DNA of 64,000 nt from Geopsychrobacteraceae bacterium (GCA_963662315.1 OY759353.1:480001-544000), one strand, 5' to 3'. Counted from the first letter of the stretch, positions 36,309-47,914 are shown. The notes: a model not told the origin generated them from the letters alone. Numbers and translations: made by a program.

Positions 36309-37207
36309 CAGATAGCAAATTCAAATCCGGTTTTATCGCCATTGTCGGGCGTCCGAATGTGGGAAAATCGACATTGTTGAACCGTATTCTGGGGCAGAAA
36401 ATTGCAATTACCTCCAATAAGCCCCAGACCACTAGAAACAGAATACTCGGGATTCATAATTATAGTGGGGGACAGGCGCTGTTTGTTGACACCCCCGGTA
36501 TTCATAAAGCTAAAAGCAAACTGAACAAGTTTATGGTTGATCAGGCTGTCGATGCCTGTGCCGATGTTGATATTGTCCTTTTTCTGGTTGAGGCACAAAG
36601 TCAGCCGGGGCCTGGGGACGAATTCGTACTACAGATGCTCAGTCGTATGAAAGTCCCGGTATATCTATTGATTAATAAGGTTGATCTGGTCGAACGAGAA
36701 AGTCTACTTGGGCTGATTGATACTTATCGCCAAAAATTTGCTTTTGCAGAAATTATCCCGGTTTCAGCACGTAACGGCGAGGGGGTCAAGACCCTTTTGG
36801 GGCTAGTTGAAAATCGCTTACCCGAAGGCCCGCGCTATTTTGATGAGGACGCTCTTACTGATCAGCCTGAACGCTTCATAGTCGCGGAAATGGTCCGGGA
36901 AAAAATCATGCGTCGTACCAGTGAGGAGATCCCTTACGGCGTTGGCGTAAAGGTTGAGTCATTTGAAGAAAAAACGCAGCAAAATCTCGTTGTCATTCAC
37001 GCTACTGTCCACGTTGAACGTGATAGCCATAAGAAGATAATTGTCGGTAAGGGCGGGCAGATGATCCGTAAACTGGGGGAAGAGGCCCGCAAGGATATCG
37101 AGCGTCTTCTTGCGACACGTGTTTACCTTGAACTTTTTGTCCGGGTAGATAAAGATTGGAGTCAGAGCGAGCGGATGCTGCGCGAGCTGGGCTATAGCCA
37201 AAAATAA
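36305..37207 (+). CDS. era: GTPase Era
   Basis: [22 protein letters not shown] and KH domain. Confidence 0.98.
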   Translation: MTDSKFKSGFIAIVGRPNVGKSTLLNRILGQKIAITSNKPQTTRNRILGIHNYSGGQALFVDTPGIHKAKSKLNKFMVDQAVDACADVDIVLFLVEAQSQPGPGDEFVLQMLSRMKVPVYLLINKVDLVERESLLGLIDTYRQKFAFAEIIPVSARNGEGVKTLLGLVENRLPEGPRYFDEDALTDQPERFIVAEMVREKIMRRTSEEIPYGVGVKVESFEEKTQQNLVVIHATVHVERDSHKKIIVGKGGQMIRKLGEEARKDIERLLATRVYLELFVRVDKDWSQSERMLRELGYSQK

Positions 37208-37235
37208 TAATTCTTTAGAAAGTACTTTAACTATT

Positions 37236-38555
37236 ATGTTGAAAATAGTTGCAATTGTTGGTCGGCCTAATGTTGGTAAATCGACTTTGTTTAATCGTCT
37301 GCTCGGTAAGCGTAAGGCGATTGTGGAAGATTTTCCCGGTGTTACCAGAGATCGCCATTATGCTGAGATTACCCGTTTTGACAAGCCTTTCCTGCTTGTT
37401 GATACAGGTGGTTTTGAGCCGGCCAGTGAGGATCGTCTGCTGTCGCAGATGCGTGAACAATCACAGATGGCCGTCGATGAAGCTGATATCATTGTTTACC
37501 TGATGGATGTACGGTCGGGTCTTACGCCGTCAGATATCGAAATAGCCCAGTTTCTGCGACGTACGGATAAGCCTGTATTGTATGTGGTTAACAAGGTCGA
37601 TGGCGACAATATGGAGTTGGCTGCCAGTGAATTCTACGGGCTGGGAATTGAGACCTTTTACACGTTGTCTGCTGAACATGGCCGGGGAATCACGGAATTA
37701 ATTGACGCGGTGCAGGATCTGTTGCCAGAAGGCCAGCACAAGAGCGATGTAAGTAATGAAATCCGCTTTTCTCTGGTCGGTCGTCCAAACGTCGGGAAAT
37801 CATCGCTGGTCAACCGTCTGCTCGGTTATGAACGGGTCGTTGCCAACCCGCAGGCTGGCACGACCAGGGACAGTATCGACACTCCTTTTACCTACAATGA
37901 CCAGCGCTATGTGCTCATCGATACGGCCGGGATCAGACGTAAAGGGCGGGTTAATGAGGCTCTGGAAAAGTACAGCGCCATTACCGCTCTTAAAGCTATG
38001 GATCGATCCCACGTTGTGCTGATGGTTATTGACGCGGAAGAAGGCGTTACCGATCAGGATCTGGCTGTTGCCGGCTATGCGTATGAAAAAGGGCGGGCAC
38101 TAATTTTGATTGTCAACAAGTGGGATCTTCCCGAAAAAGATAACCAGACGATGGGTAAGTTCATAGAAGAAATTAAACGGCGCTTCAAATTTTTACCTTT
38201 TGCGCCGGTTCTGTTCGTTTCTGCTTTGACCGGGCAACGGATTAATAAAATTATGGCACTGGTTGAATCCGTCGCGGCTGAGTTCGACAAGCGGATTCCG
38301 ACGCCGCAACTGAATCGAGGCCTTGAAGAATTTGTGGCCAAGCATCCACCTTCCATGGTCAATGGACATCGCATCAAATTTTATTATGCGGCACAGAACG
38401 CTGTACGGCCACCGACGATTACCCTGTTTACCAATCGACCGGATGACGTTCATTTCTCGTATCAGCGCTATCTTATTAATTGTTTCCGTGAAAAATTCAG
38501 TTTTGAGCAGGTGCCATTGCGTCTACAGTTTAAGGGTCGGGGAGATAAGGACTAA
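37236..38555 (+). CDS. der: Ribosome biogenesis GTPase Der (EngA)
   Basis: Two tandem GRPNVGKS G-domains and C-terminal KH-like domain. Confidence 0.98.
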   Translation: MLKIVAIVGRPNVGKSTLFNRLLGKRKAIVEDFPGVTRDRHYAEITRFDKPFLLVDTGGFEPASEDRLLSQMREQSQMAVDEADIIVYLMDVRSGLTPSDIEIAQFLRRTDKPVLYVVNKVDGDNMELAASEFYGLGIETFYTLSAEHGRGITELIDAVQDLLPEGQHKSDVSNEIRFSLVGRPNVGKSSLVNRLLGYERVVANPQAGTTRDSIDTPFTYNDQRYVLIDTAGIRRKGRVNEALEKYSAITALKAMDRSHVVLMVIDAEEGVTDQDLAVAGYAYEKGRALILIVNKWDLPEKDNQTMGKFIEEIKRRFKFLPFAPVLFVSALTGQRINKIMALVESVAAEFDKRIPTPQLNRGLEEFVAKHPPSMVNGHRIKFYYAAQNAVRPPTITLFTNRPDDVHFSYQRYLINCFREKFSFEQVPLRLQFKGRGDKD

Positions 38556-38574
38556 AAAAGGGGGGGGCGGCATT

Positions 38575-39636
38575 ATGACCGTTGAGGGATATCTTGAAGA
38601 TCTTGGTGTCTGTGAAATTCTTCAGGTACTGAGTCTGAGTAAGAAGTCGGGGACTTTACATCTGCTTTCTGGAGACCGTAACGGTAGTATTATTTTTTTA
38701 CAGGGACAGATTGTCCGCGCTACATCTAACCTCTTGCCCCAGGAATTGGGGCAGTTGCTGAAACATCATAAGCTGGTTACTGAGCAGCAACTGGAACAGG
38801 CCTTGGCCTACCAGGGACAACTTAAACAGCATCGACCTCTTGGGGATATTCTCAGCGGTTTGTTCCAGATTCCCGCAGCCGCTATTGAGCAGGTAATTGC
38901 CCGACAGATTGAAAAGGTTATCTTGAGTTTTGTCCCTTTACGCACCGGGACCTTTCGTTTTTCCCTTGAAGATCCAATCGTGTATGGCACTGCCAGTCTT
39001 AACCCGCTCGACCTGATGCTGGAAAAAGGTATGAGCCCGAGGCGTTTAGCGTTAAAAGGGCAGAAAAAGCTTGAACAGAAGACTTTTGATGAAGCCAGCC
39101 TTGATCGTGAACTGGCGGAAATCGATGAGCGGCACTCAAGCAAGGGCCTGGATCTGTTGCGTGGTATGCTGGCTGAATTGGAGCATCCCGAATTCAGTGG
39201 CGGTGTCGTGCTGCTGATTCTGCGCTATGCCAGTGAAATCATGAATCACGCGGTTGTTTTCGACCTGCGAGAAGATCACCTTGTCGGTATCGGCCAGTTC
39301 GGTCTCGAGGGGAATGGGGGATTGAATGCTGATGACTTGGTGCGCCGGATGAAGCTTTCTGTGACGCCGGATTCCGTTTTTTCTCAAGTAATAAGGACTA
39401 AGGAACCTTACTATGGGGCAAGCGGAACCAGTTGTGCCGAGATTGAACTGCTTAATTTGCTTGGGGATTCCTCTGCTAAGGTCTATTTGGCTCCATTGCT
39501 GAACAGTGGCCAGGTTGTGGCCATGCTTTATGGAGAGCTGATCACAGATGGGGTTGCGACTGCAAAGGTCGATGCTTTCAATGTGTTTCTGGCTCAGGCT
39601 GGGCTGGCTATCGAACAGGCGTTGCAAGGAAACTGA
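38575..39636 (+). CDS. DUF4388/PatA_N-like protein with C-terminal GAF-like domain
   Basis: EGYLEDLGVCEILQVLSLSKKSGTL pattern, LGQLL/LGDIL motifs, C-terminal LAPLL...VAMLYGE. Confidence 0.8.
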   Translation: MTVEGYLEDLGVCEILQVLSLSKKSGTLHLLSGDRNGSIIFLQGQIVRATSNLLPQELGQLLKHHKLVTEQQLEQALAYQGQLKQHRPLGDILSGLFQIPAAAIEQVIARQIEKVILSFVPLRTGTFRFSLEDPIVYGTASLNPLDLMLEKGMSPRRLALKGQKKLEQKTFDEASLDRELAEIDERHSSKGLDLLRGMLAELEHPEFSGGVVLLILRYASEIMNHAVVFDLREDHLVGIGQFGLEGNGGLNADDLVRRMKLSVTPDSVFSQVIRTKEPYYGASGTSCAEIELLNLLGDSSAKVYLAPLLNSGQVVAMLYGELITDGVATAKVDAFNVFLAQAGLAIEQALQGN

Positions 39637-39710
39637 ATTGCTGCGGTCTACTTTTCTGAATCTTCTGTTATAGTTATATGTAACTATTTTAAGCAAGGAA
39701 GGGTACCTGC

Positions 39711-40076
39711 ATGCAGAAAAATATACTTATTGTTGAGGACGAAGAAAGCCTGTTGAAGCTGGAAAGTATTCTGCTGACAACCAAGGGCTACATGGTCAGG
39801 GGCGCAGTTACCGGGCCCGCTGCGTTAGAATCTATAGCTGAAGATCCTCCTGATCTGGTCCTGCTCGATATTATGTTGCCAGGACTCGATGGTTTCGAGG
39901 TTTGTCGACGGATTAAGACCTCTGCCGCCACGCGTCATATTCCTGTCATTTTGCTGACTGCGCGTAAGACTCCTGAAGATGTTGCCAAGGGGGCCGAAGT
40001 TGGTGCGGATGAGTATATTACCAAACCATTCAAATCGGCGCGGATAATGGAAACGATCGAGTCATATATTAAATAG
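39711..40076 (+). CDS. Single-domain response regulator
   Basis: ILIVEDE, DLVLLDIMLP, ILLTA and YITKPF motifs. Confidence 0.95.
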   Translation: MQKNILIVEDEESLLKLESILLTTKGYMVRGAVTGPAALESIAEDPPDLVLLDIMLPGLDGFEVCRRIKTSAATRHIPVILLTARKTPEDVAKGAEVGADEYITKPFKSARIMETIESYIK

Positions 40077-40109
40077 GAGCTTCGTGTCTGAAATAGTTTT
40101 TACGGATTT

Positions 40110-40137
40110 GCCCGGTTCATCCCCGGGCTTTTCTTTG
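40110..40137 (+). terminator. Possible terminator between the two receiver genes
   Basis: GCCCGG/CCGGGC stem followed by TTTTCTTT. Confidence 0.55.
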
Positions 40138-40280
40138 TCTGGTATTTCGTGAAGGATATTGTTAAGATTATTCATTCATGAAAGATCATAGCCGATGTAA
40201 GTCGTTGGCTATTTTTTATTTTGTGGGCATGCCTGTTTTAAGATTTCTGAAGCTAGATAACGTTTGAAGGAAATATCAGA

Positions 40281-40664
40281 ATGTATTCAGCCCGGATCTT
40301 AGTTGCGGATGATTCACCGATGATGCGTCAATTTATTATTATGGCGCTACAGAGGGTTCCCGGTTTGCAGTTTGAAGAAGTCAGTGACGGGGTTACTGCG
40401 CTTAAAAAGATGGCAGAAGATAAATTTGATTTGCTAATTACCGATTTAAATATGCCTCTGATGAGGGGAGAGAAGTTAATCAGTCTTTTGCGTCGCGATG
40501 CGACCTATCTGAAACTGCCTATTATTATCGTTTCGACTGAAGGGTCAGACCTGACCAGGCAAAAGGCACTAGAGGCTGGAGCCAACGAATATATTACGAA
40601 GCCGTTACAGACGGCAGAGCTTGTCAATATTGTGCGGAGTCTGTTAAATCCTGAAAGTCTTTAA
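40281..40664 (+). CDS. CheY-like single-domain response regulator
   Basis: ILVADDSPMMR, ITDLNMP, IIIVSTEG and YITKP motifs. Confidence 0.93.
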   Translation: MYSARILVADDSPMMRQFIIMALQRVPGLQFEEVSDGVTALKKMAEDKFDLLITDLNMPLMRGEKLISLLRRDATYLKLPIIIVSTEGSDLTRQKALEAGANEYITKPLQTAELVNIVRSLLNPESL

Positions 40665-40745
40665 CCTCAGGGGCTTGACACTCTGCAATTTACATGCAAT
40701 AAGACGCCATTCACAAAAAAACTGTTTTTAATTCAGGAGGCAACG

Positions 40746-40964
40746 TTGGCTAAAGAAGAGGCAATTGAAGTAGAAGGGACCGTGGTTGAGCCATTGCCGA
40801 ATGCAATGTTTCGGGTCAAGCTTGATAATGATCATGTCGTGCTGGCACATATCTCCGGGAAAATGCGCAAATACTATATCCGTATTCTGCCTGGAGACCG
40901 GGTTACGGTCGAATTGTCACCCTATGATCTGACCCGTGGACGGATCACCTATCGTTCAAAGTAA
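40746..40964 (+). CDS. infA: Translation initiation factor IF-1
   Basis: [10 protein letters not shown]...LPNAMFRV...[22 protein letters not shown] with TTG start. Confidence 0.98.
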   Translation: MAKEEAIEVEGTVVEPLPNAMFRVKLDNDHVVLAHISGKMRKYYIRILPGDRVTVELSPYDLTRGRITYRSK

Positions 40965-41127
40965 TCCTTCTGAACGACTTATACCGTCTCAGAGCGAATG
41001 TCCCTTGGTGTGCCTGCGCTCCTGAACTCTTTGATTCTAACGATACCGGCCTGTGCCGGTTTTCGTGTATATAATCCATCTTCATATCTACGTTAAAAGT
41101 GGCGTTTGCGGGCGTCACGGAGGATTT

Positions 41128-43683
41128 ATGGAAAATCATTACAATCCTAAGGAAGTTGAAGCCAGATGGCAGCAATACTGGCAAGATAAGCAATCGTTTC
41201 GCGTTAGCGAAGATGTTGATAAAGAGAAATATTACCTGCTGGAAATGTTTCCGTACCCTTCTGGCCGGATTCATATGGGGCATGTACGTAATTACGCCAT
41301 TGGCGATGTTGTCGCTCGCTTTAAGCGTATGCAGGGATTTAATGTCCTGCATCCAATGGGATGGGATGCTTTTGGTATGCCTGCTGAAAACGCGGCTATA
41401 GAGCATGGTACGCACCCGGCTAAATGGACGTATGAGAATATTGACAGTATGCGGCGCCAGCTGAAACGCATTGGTCTGTCGTACGATTGGGCTCGCGAAT
41501 TTGCGACCTGCAATGCCGATTATTATCGGTGGGAACAGCTGGTTTTTCTCAAAATGTTTGAGAAAGGGCAGGCTTATAAAAAAGGTTCAAATGTTAACTG
41601 GTGTGATACCTGTCAGACAGTGCTGGCTAATGAACAGGTTGAAGATGGTTGTTGTTGGCGTTGTCATGAAGAAGTGGAGCAGAAACAGCTGGAACAGTGG
41701 TTCTTTAAAATTACTGACTATGCTGACGAGCTGCTGGATTGGGCGGACAAGTTAAATGGCTGGCCAGAGCGTGTTCTGGCGATGCAGCGGAACTGGATTG
41801 GTAAAAGCTACGGTTGTGAGATTGAATTTCCTATTGATGGCAGCGCCCAGAGAATAAAAGTTTTCACAACCCGTCCCGACACGCTGTACGGGGTCACTTT
41901 CATGAGCCTTGCCCCAGAGCACCCGATGGTCAGTGCTCTGGTGACAGAAGAGCAACGCTGCGAGGTTAAGCAATTTGTCGCCGAAGTAGAACGCCAGGAT
42001 AAGTTGGCCAGAACCAGTGGAGATCTGGAGAAAAAAGGGGTATTTACCGGTTCTTACTGCATCAACCCGGTTAATGGCGATAAAGTGCCTGTGTTCCTGG
42101 CAAATTTTGTTCTTATGGATTACGGGACTGGTGCCGTCATGGCTGTTCCTGCGCATGATCAGCGCGATTTTGAGTTTGCACAAAAATATGATCTGCCGAT
42201 ACGTGTTGTAATCCAGCCGCTCGGAGAAACCCTGAATGCTGCAGATCTTGAGGCGGCATTTACTGATGCGGGCGAGCTGATCGCTTCCGGGCCTTTTGAT
42301 GGCGTTGATAATGAGTCGGCTAAAGAAAAGATCGCTGCTTATCTTGATGATCGTGGTGAAGGGCGTAAAACGGTTAATTACCGTTTGCGGGACTGGGGTG
42401 TTTCCCGGCAACGCTATTGGGGGACCCCAATTCCTATCATTTACTGTGACAGCTGTGGTGCTGTTCCCGTTCCGGAAGCAGACCTCCCGGTAACGCTCCC
42501 AACCGATGTCGCCTTGACCGGTGAAGGTGGTTCGCCGCTGGCGCGCCACGAAGCTTTTATGAAGGTATCTTGCCCCAAGTGTGGAAAAGATGCCCGACGT
42601 GAGAGCGATACCTTTGATACCTTTGTAGAGAGTTCCTGGTATTTTGCTCGTTACGCGTGCCCGGATTATGCTGCCGGTCCGCTGGATAAGGAAGCTGCTA
42701 ATTATTGGATGCCGGTTGATCAGTATATTGGTGGTATCGAGCATGCGGTAATGCACCTTCTTTACGCCCGGTTTTATACCAAGATCCTTCGTGATTTGGG
42801 TATGATTGATGTCGATGAGCCATTTACCAATCTGTTAACTCAGGGAATGGTTTGTAAGGAAACTCAGCGCTGCAAAGAGCATGGCTGGCTGTATCCTGAA
42901 CAGGTGGTTGATGGCAAGTGCACAGAATGTGGGAAACCTGTCGATTTCGGTCGTACCGAAAAGATGAGTAAATCAAAGAAAAATGTTATCGATCCTAATC
43001 AGCTGATTGACCAGTATGGTGCTGATACGGCACGCCTTTTTTCCTTGTTTGCAGCTCCTCCAGAGAAGGATCTTGAGTGGAATGAGCAAGGGGTCGAAGG
43101 GTGCTCACGGTTCCTTAATCGTGTCTGGCGTGCTGTTGTTGAAAATCTTGACCTGATTGCTGGGGTTGATGTCGCTGTCAGTGCAGAGGGCTGTGCTGCT
43201 GATCTACGTAGAAAAACCCACCAGACAATTAAAAAAGTTACTGAAGATGTTGATGGTCGGTTCCATTTTAATACCGCTATCGCTGCGGTGATGGAACTCG
43301 TTAATGCGGTATATTCATTTAATGACAGCAAGGACCATCCGGGGGTCTTGCGTGAAGCACTGGAAGCTATCGTTCGTCTCCTGAATCCGTTTGTTCCACA
43401 TATTTGTGAGGAGCTGTGGACGCAGTTGGGGCATGGGGAGAGCATCGAAGCTGCCGGTTGGCCGGCTTGGAACGCAAGTGCCCTGGTTGCTGATGAAGTC
43501 ACCTTGGTTGTTCAGGTGAATGGAAAGGTGCGCAGTAAAGTGTCTGTTCCTGTTGAAGCAGATAATAAAGCTATCGAAGCGGTTGCTCTCGCCGAGGAAA
43601 ATGTTCAGCGTTTTATTGAGGGAAAACAGGTCCGCAAGATTATTACCGTACCCGGTCGACTAATCAATATTGTGGTGTCTTGA
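41128..43683 (+). CDS. leuS: Leucine--tRNA ligase
   Basis: MFPYPSG.IHMGH, FTTRPDT, SRQRYWG, GGIEHA and KMSKS; GGAGG RBS. Confidence 0.99.
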   Translation: MENHYNPKEVEARWQQYWQDKQSFRVSEDVDKEKYYLLEMFPYPSGRIHMGHVRNYAIGDVVARFKRMQGFNVLHPMGWDAFGMPAENAAIEHGTHPAKWTYENIDSMRRQLKRIGLSYDWAREFATCNADYYRWEQLVFLKMFEKGQAYKKGSNVNWCDTCQTVLANEQVEDGCCWRCHEEVEQKQLEQWFFKITDYADELLDWADKLNGWPERVLAMQRNWIGKSYGCEIEFPIDGSAQRIKVFTTRPDTLYGVTFMSLAPEHPMVSALVTEEQRCEVKQFVAEVERQDKLARTSGDLEKKGVFTGSYCINPVNGDKVPVFLANFVLMDYGTGAVMAVPAHDQRDFEFAQKYDLPIRVVIQPLGETLNAADLEAAFTDAGELIASGPFDGVDNESAKEKIAAYLDDRGEGRKTVNYRLRDWGVSRQRYWGTPIPIIYCDSCGAVPVPEADLPVTLPTDVALTGEGGSPLARHEAFMKVSCPKCGKDARRESDTFDTFVESSWYFARYACPDYAAGPLDKEAANYWMPVDQYIGGIEHAVMHLLYARFYTKILRDLGMIDVDEPFTNLLTQGMVCKETQRCKEHGWLYPEQVVDGKCTECGKPVDFGRTEKMSKSKKNVIDPNQLIDQYGADTARLFSLFAAPPEKDLEWNEQGVEGCSRFLNRVWRAVVENLDLIAGVDVAVSAEGCAADLRRKTHQTIKKVTEDVDGRFHFNTAIAAVMELVNAVYSFNDSKDHPGVLREALEAIVRLLNPFVPHICEELWTQLGHGESIEAAGWPAWNASALVADEVTLVVQVNGKVRSKVSVPVEADNKAIEAVALAEENVQRFIEGKQVRKIITVPGRLINIVVS

Positions 43684-44201
43684 TGAAGATTATCCTGACC
43701 ATATTGCTAAGCTGTCTGCTTTGTGGTTGTGGCTACCATGTGACCGGGCAAAGCGCTTCGTTGCCCGGTCAGACTTTACATGTTTACCTTCCTTATATCG
43801 TTAATCAGACGACCGAACCTTATATTGAAACGGAACTTGTTTCACGGATCAGTCAGGAGTTGGCCCGTTGTCGGAATTATTCCGAGGTTGGCAATGGTGA
43901 TCAGGCTGACGCGCAATTGTCCGTGGTGATCAGTAAATATGTGCGCCAGGCTGTTTCCTACGACAGCAGCGACGATATAGCTGAGTATCGCATCGAAATG
44001 ACAATTAATGCGACACTGACGAATGTGGCTGATGGTGCGGTGCTGTGGTCGCAGTCAATCGGGTGGCGGGCAACCTATGTGACATCAGCTGACAAAATGG
44101 TCCAACGTGATCGTGAGCGTGGTGCCGTCGCAGAAGTATGTCAGCGGCTTGCTGCTGAAATTCTTTTCCAGATGCAGAAAAGAAGGTCGGCAGCACCATG
44201 A
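43683..44201 (+). CDS. lptE: LptE family lipoprotein
   Basis: Lipobox LCGC-GY; canonical position between leuS and holA; TGATG overlap. Confidence 0.85.
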   Translation: MKIILTILLSCLLCGCGYHVTGQSASLPGQTLHVYLPYIVNQTTEPYIETELVSRISQELARCRNYSEVGNGDQADAQLSVVISKYVRQAVSYDSSDDIAEYRIEMTINATLTNVADGAVLWSQSIGWRATYVTSADKMVQRDRERGAVAEVCQRLAAEILFQMQKRRSAAP

Positions 44202-45199
44202 CTGTAGATGACTTTTATCGGCAGTTAAAGTCAGACCAGATTCCGTCATTACTCTGTTTGTATGGTGAAGAGACCTTTCTCGTTCGCAAGGCTACTGTTG
44301 AGTTGCGGCAGTGTCTTTTTCCCACTGGAAAAGATGATTTCAATGACAGCCTGTTTCAAGGAAAGGAGCTGAGAGCCGAGCAGGTCATTGATACTGCGCT
44401 GACGCTTCCGATGTTTGCTCAACGGCGTCTTGTGACGATTCGTGACGCACATTTGATTCCTGCTGCAGAGCAGGAAAAGTTACTCTCTTATCTTGATAAT
44501 CCCGCTCCAGATACATGTCTGTTGCTTGTTGCCGACAAGATTGACAGCCGCAGAAAATTTTTTCAGCAGTTCAAAAAAAAAGGTGAGTTGGTTGAATTTA
44601 GACCGCTGACTGAACGCGATTTGCCCAATTACCTTAAAAAACGCTTGTCCGCAAAAAATATTGAGATATCGGCTGATGCGCTTAATCTTTTTTGTTCTAT
44701 GGTCAGCATCGGTTTGAATGAAGTCCATTCTGAGCTTGACAAGCTACTGACTTTCATAGGCTCAGCGACCTTAATAGATGTTAAGGATGTGCGTGCTGTT
44801 GTTTCGCGTGGTCGGGCTGAAAATGTTTTTGAGTTGGGCAATGCGGTAGGGCGCGGTGACATAGCTGCCGCACTCAGCATGGTAGGCAGACTATCTGTCG
44901 CCGGAGAACCTCCGCTCAAGATCTTAAGTCTTTTGACTCGGCATTTCAGGCAGTTATGGAAGATTAGGGAGTTGCGTGCCCAGTGTTGCGCTGCCCGGGA
45001 TATTGCTACGCAGGTACGTATTCCGTATTTTGTCGTTGAAGGCTTGGTTCAACAGGCGGGCCGGTTTTCACGCACTGACTTCATGCGTGCTCATCAGCTG
45101 TTTCTTGATACCGATCTGGCTATGAAATCGAGTGGTGCGAATGCTGATGCTTTGCTGGATCTGCTGATTCATAATCTGGTTAGAATCAAAAATAAATAA
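44198..45199 (+). CDS. holA: DNA polymerase III delta subunit
   Basis: LYGEE, LPMFAQRRLV, ELDKL motifs; leuS-lptE-holA order. Confidence 0.93.
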   Translation: MTVDDFYRQLKSDQIPSLLCLYGEETFLVRKATVELRQCLFPTGKDDFNDSLFQGKELRAEQVIDTALTLPMFAQRRLVTIRDAHLIPAAEQEKLLSYLDNPAPDTCLLLVADKIDSRRKFFQQFKKKGELVEFRPLTERDLPNYLKKRLSAKNIEISADALNLFCSMVSIGLNEVHSELDKLLTFIGSATLIDVKDVRAVVSRGRAENVFELGNAVGRGDIAAALSMVGRLSVAGEPPLKILSLLTRHFRQLWKIRELRAQCCAARDIATQVRIPYFVVEGLVQQAGRFSRTDFMRAHQLFLDTDLAMKSSGANADALLDLLIHNLVRIKNK

Positions 45200-45221
45200 G
45201 GGGCTTTGTGGCCCCTTATTT
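45194..45221. terminator. Bidirectional terminator between holA and rpsT
   Basis: 11-bp stem AAATAAGGGGC/GCCCCTTATTT between convergent genes. Confidence 0.75.
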
Positions 45222-45252
45222 GAATTCCGATAATAGATTCGCCCCAGTTAAT

Positions 45253-45516
45253 TTAGGCGACGCTGTTAACCAGCTTTGACAGTCTGGAAATCTTACGGCT
45301 TGCAGTTGCTTTATGAATAACCCCTTTGGTGGCGGTTTTATCGATGTATGGGATAGCTTTTTTAAGAGCTGCTTCAGCAGCTTCTTTATCTCCTGCAGCG
45401 GCAGCTTCACGGACGCCTTTTACCAGGGTGCGCATGGTTGAGCGAATGTGGTTGTTGCGTGCTTGGCGTACTGCATTTTGTTTATTGCGCTTCAGCGCGG
45501 ATTTGTGATTGGCCAC
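45253..45516 (-). CDS. rpsT: 30S ribosomal protein S20
   Basis: ANHKSALKR...[23 protein letters not shown] with GTG start. Confidence 0.98.
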   Translation of the reverse strand: MANHKSALKRNKQNAVRQARNNHIRSTMRTLVKGVREAAAAGDKEAAEAALKKAIPYIDKTATKGVIHKATASRKISRLSKLVNSVA

Positions 45517-45566
45517 GAATTGGTCTCCTTACGGGATTTATAAGTATTTATCTGAAAAGCTTGGCG

Positions 45567-45595
45567 ATAGTATAGGTATCCTTTCCTGTTGTCAA
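45567..45595 (-). promoter_or_regulatory. Candidate sigma70 promoter for rpsT
   Basis: Minus strand TTGACA-17 bp-TACTAT. Confidence 0.65.
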
Positions 45596-45677
45596 GTTAG
45601 AAAATGTCAATGCTTGATTTAAAAAATACGTTTAATCAGGTGTTTAGCTTCTTAATGTGAAGGATTAAAAAGTAATA

Positions 45678-47249
45678 ATGTCCACAAGGAAATCTATCGG
45701 TCTATCTACAGTCATCATGGCGGTGGCCACATTAATGAGTCGCGTCGCCGGCCTGGTCAGGGATGTCCTGGTTGCCCGTCTTTTTGGCGCCGGGTTGGTC
45801 ACGGACGCATTTTTCATGGCTTTTACTATCCCCAATTTGCTGCGCAGGTTTTTTGCTGAAGGTTCTTTAACAGCGGCATTTGTGCCAGTTTTCTCGGATG
45901 TGTACCATAGTGACGGTGAAGGGGATGCTCAGCGTCTGGCAAATCGCTGTCTTACGGCTCTATCACTGGTGATGGTTCTTATTGTCTGTTGCGGGATTAT
46001 TTTGTCTCCACTGATCACCCACTTTATCGGTTTTGGTTTTGCCTCTGTCCCTGGCAAGCTTGAGCTGACAGATTTTTTAAATCGACTCATGTTTCCTTAT
46101 ATTGGATTGGTGTCGGTATTGGCTCTGATAACAGGGATTCTGAATGTCCGTGGCCACTTTTTTTACCCGTCACTGTCCCCCCTGTTTTTGAATCTGTGCA
46201 TGATCTTTTCAGCTCTTTTTCTGCGCAGTTTCTTCAGCTTGCCTGTGTATGCCTTGGCTGTTGGGGTTCTGCTTGGCGGCTTTGTGCAGTTAATGGTACA
46301 GGTCCCTGTTTTATTGCGCTTTCGTATTTATCTGAAGCCTGATTTCGGTTTCCGAAACGATCCTAAGGTAAAAAAAATAGCCAAGTTAATGTTGCCGGGG
46401 ATTGCAGGTGTGGCCATTTATCAGATTAATATTATCGCCTCACGCCTGATGGCCTCCTTTTTGCCCGAAGGGGCGGTTTCTTATCTCTATTATGGGCAGC
46501 GCCTTTTTGAGTTTCCTCAGGGGATCTTTATTGTCTCGTTAGCTCAGGCTGTTCTGCCGATGATGAGTAAGCAGGTTGCTCAGAACCACTTGGAAGGGGT
46601 ACGCGATTCTCTGGCTTTTTCTCTATCGCTGATAACTCTGTTTACGCTGCCGGCGATTACTGGATTGGTGCTATGCGCTAAGCCAATATATGCTCTGTTG
46701 TTTTATGGTGGCGCTTTTGATCGTATTGCTCTTGATAATGCTGCTATAGCACTTATCTGCTATGCTCCTGGCCTGCTGTTTGTTGGCTTTAGTCGTATTG
46801 CGGCCCAGACTTTCTATGCACTGAAAGATACCAAGACACCGGTTGTCGTGTCTTTGGGTACATTGATTGTTAATATTGTTGCTGGGCTGATTCTCATGAA
46901 CTTGTATGGATTTGCCGGGTTAGCGGCCGGCTTAACCCTTTCCTCGATTTTTAATGCTGTTGTGCTGGTGTTTCTGTTGCAGAAAAAGACAGGCCCTTTT
47001 ATTCGGACTACCTTCTGGCTTCCAATTGTTAAAGTCGTTCCGGCCTGTATCGCTATGGGATTTGTTGTTGTTGAGATACTGGCAATGGTTGACTGGCAGA
47101 CGTCGGGACGTGGTTTCCTCAAGTGGTGCAGTCTGGGAGGTTCTGTTGCTGCTGGTATCGCAGTATTTTTGGTCTGCTGTCATATGTTAAAGGTGGAAGA
47201 AATCCATAAAGGGCTGGCTCTGATAAAGGGGCGTAGGAGCGCCAAATAG
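45678..47249 (+). CDS. murJ: Lipid II flippase MurJ (MviN)
   Basis: SRVAGLVRD, AFTIPNLLRRFFAEG, FYALKDTKTPV; many TM segments. Confidence 0.97.
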   Translation: MSTRKSIGLSTVIMAVATLMSRVAGLVRDVLVARLFGAGLVTDAFFMAFTIPNLLRRFFAEGSLTAAFVPVFSDVYHSDGEGDAQRLANRCLTALSLVMVLIVCCGIILSPLITHFIGFGFASVPGKLELTDFLNRLMFPYIGLVSVLALITGILNVRGHFFYPSLSPLFLNLCMIFSALFLRSFFSLPVYALAVGVLLGGFVQLMVQVPVLLRFRIYLKPDFGFRNDPKVKKIAKLMLPGIAGVAIYQINIIASRLMASFLPEGAVSYLYYGQRLFEFPQGIFIVSLAQAVLPMMSKQVAQNHLEGVRDSLAFSLSLITLFTLPAITGLVLCAKPIYALLFYGGAFDRIALDNAAIALICYAPGLLFVGFSRIAAQTFYALKDTKTPVVVSLGTLIVNIVAGLILMNLYGFAGLAAGLTLSSIFNAVVLVFLLQKKTGPFIRTTFWLPIVKVVPACIAMGFVVVEILAMVDWQTSGRGFLKWCSLGGSVAAGIAVFLVCCHMLKVEEIHKGLALIKGRRSAK

Positions 47250-47308
47250 GCGGTTTTTTGATACTTCAGTGTGGCGTATCTGCGGCTTGAGCATGTCCTT
47301 TCACGGGA

Positions 47309-47704
47309 TCAGTGTCCCCGGTAGATATGGATCTCGCCTTTAGCCAGTTTTTGTTGTAGCCATATCTTGATCAAGCCTTTTAGGTATTTACGCGTGGCCG
47401 GGGTCAGTAGACAGAAACCGAATAGGTCGGTACAGAAACCCGGTGTCAGTAATAGTAATCCTCCTGCGAGGATTATCCCTCCGTCAATCATCTCTTCTGT
47501 GGGTACGCGTCCCTGGGCAAGGTCGCCTTGAATGCGTTGCATTAATTGAAATCCTTGGCTGCGTGCCAAGTATGCCCCGGCGATTCCGGTCAGAAGGATC
47601 ATGCCAATTGTGGGAAAAATTCCGATCTGTTGCCCGGCTTCGATAAGAATATAAAGCTCTACCAATGGTACCAGTGTGAAGATAATCAGTATCTTTATGA
47701 ACAT
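47309..47704 (-). CDS. fxsA: FxsA family membrane protein
   Basis: PLVELYIL, ARSQG and GLLLLTPGFCTD motifs. Confidence 0.92.
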   Translation of the reverse strand: MFIKILIIFTLVPLVELYILIEAGQQIGIFPTIGMILLTGIAGAYLARSQGFQLMQRIQGDLAQGRVPTEEMIDGGIILAGGLLLLTPGFCTDLFGFCLLTPATRKYLKGLIKIWLQQKLAKGEIHIYRGH

Positions 47705-47868
47705 GTATACACCTTTTATGAAGAAAAACAAATTAATACGAAGCCTTCACCTGGTAATTTCAGGCAAATCAAAACCACATCTGTAAGTAGCTGAAATTAC
47801 GCGACAATGAAATTGAATAAAAAATAGGCATCGTGGTCATCGATACAAGTTTTATAAGGCAAAGTGAG

Positions 47869-47914
47869 CTATCCACAACCTTTTATACAGGTTTTCAACA
47901 GGCGATGTGGATTG
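47869..47914. promoter_or_regulatory. Cluster of DnaA-box-like 9-mers
   Basis: CTATCCACA (47869), TTTTATACA (47881), TTTTCAACA (47892) in tandem, plus inverted TGTGGATTG (47906). Confidence 0.5.

Noticed and set aside
40172..40216. GCCGATGT as a sigma28 -10 before the CheY-like gene
   Set aside because: The -35 position reads TCAT rather than TAAA, and the motif is one arm of a hairpin.
40965..41127. Possible ncRNA or T-box between infA and leuS
   Set aside because: Only short hairpins, one terminator-like; no T-box, 6S or tRNA signature recognised.
41752..42756. 334-aa antisense ORF inside leuS, and similar long antisense ORFs inside pfkB, coaBC and glyA
   Set aside because: Shadow frames of conserved genes with no recognisable motifs.
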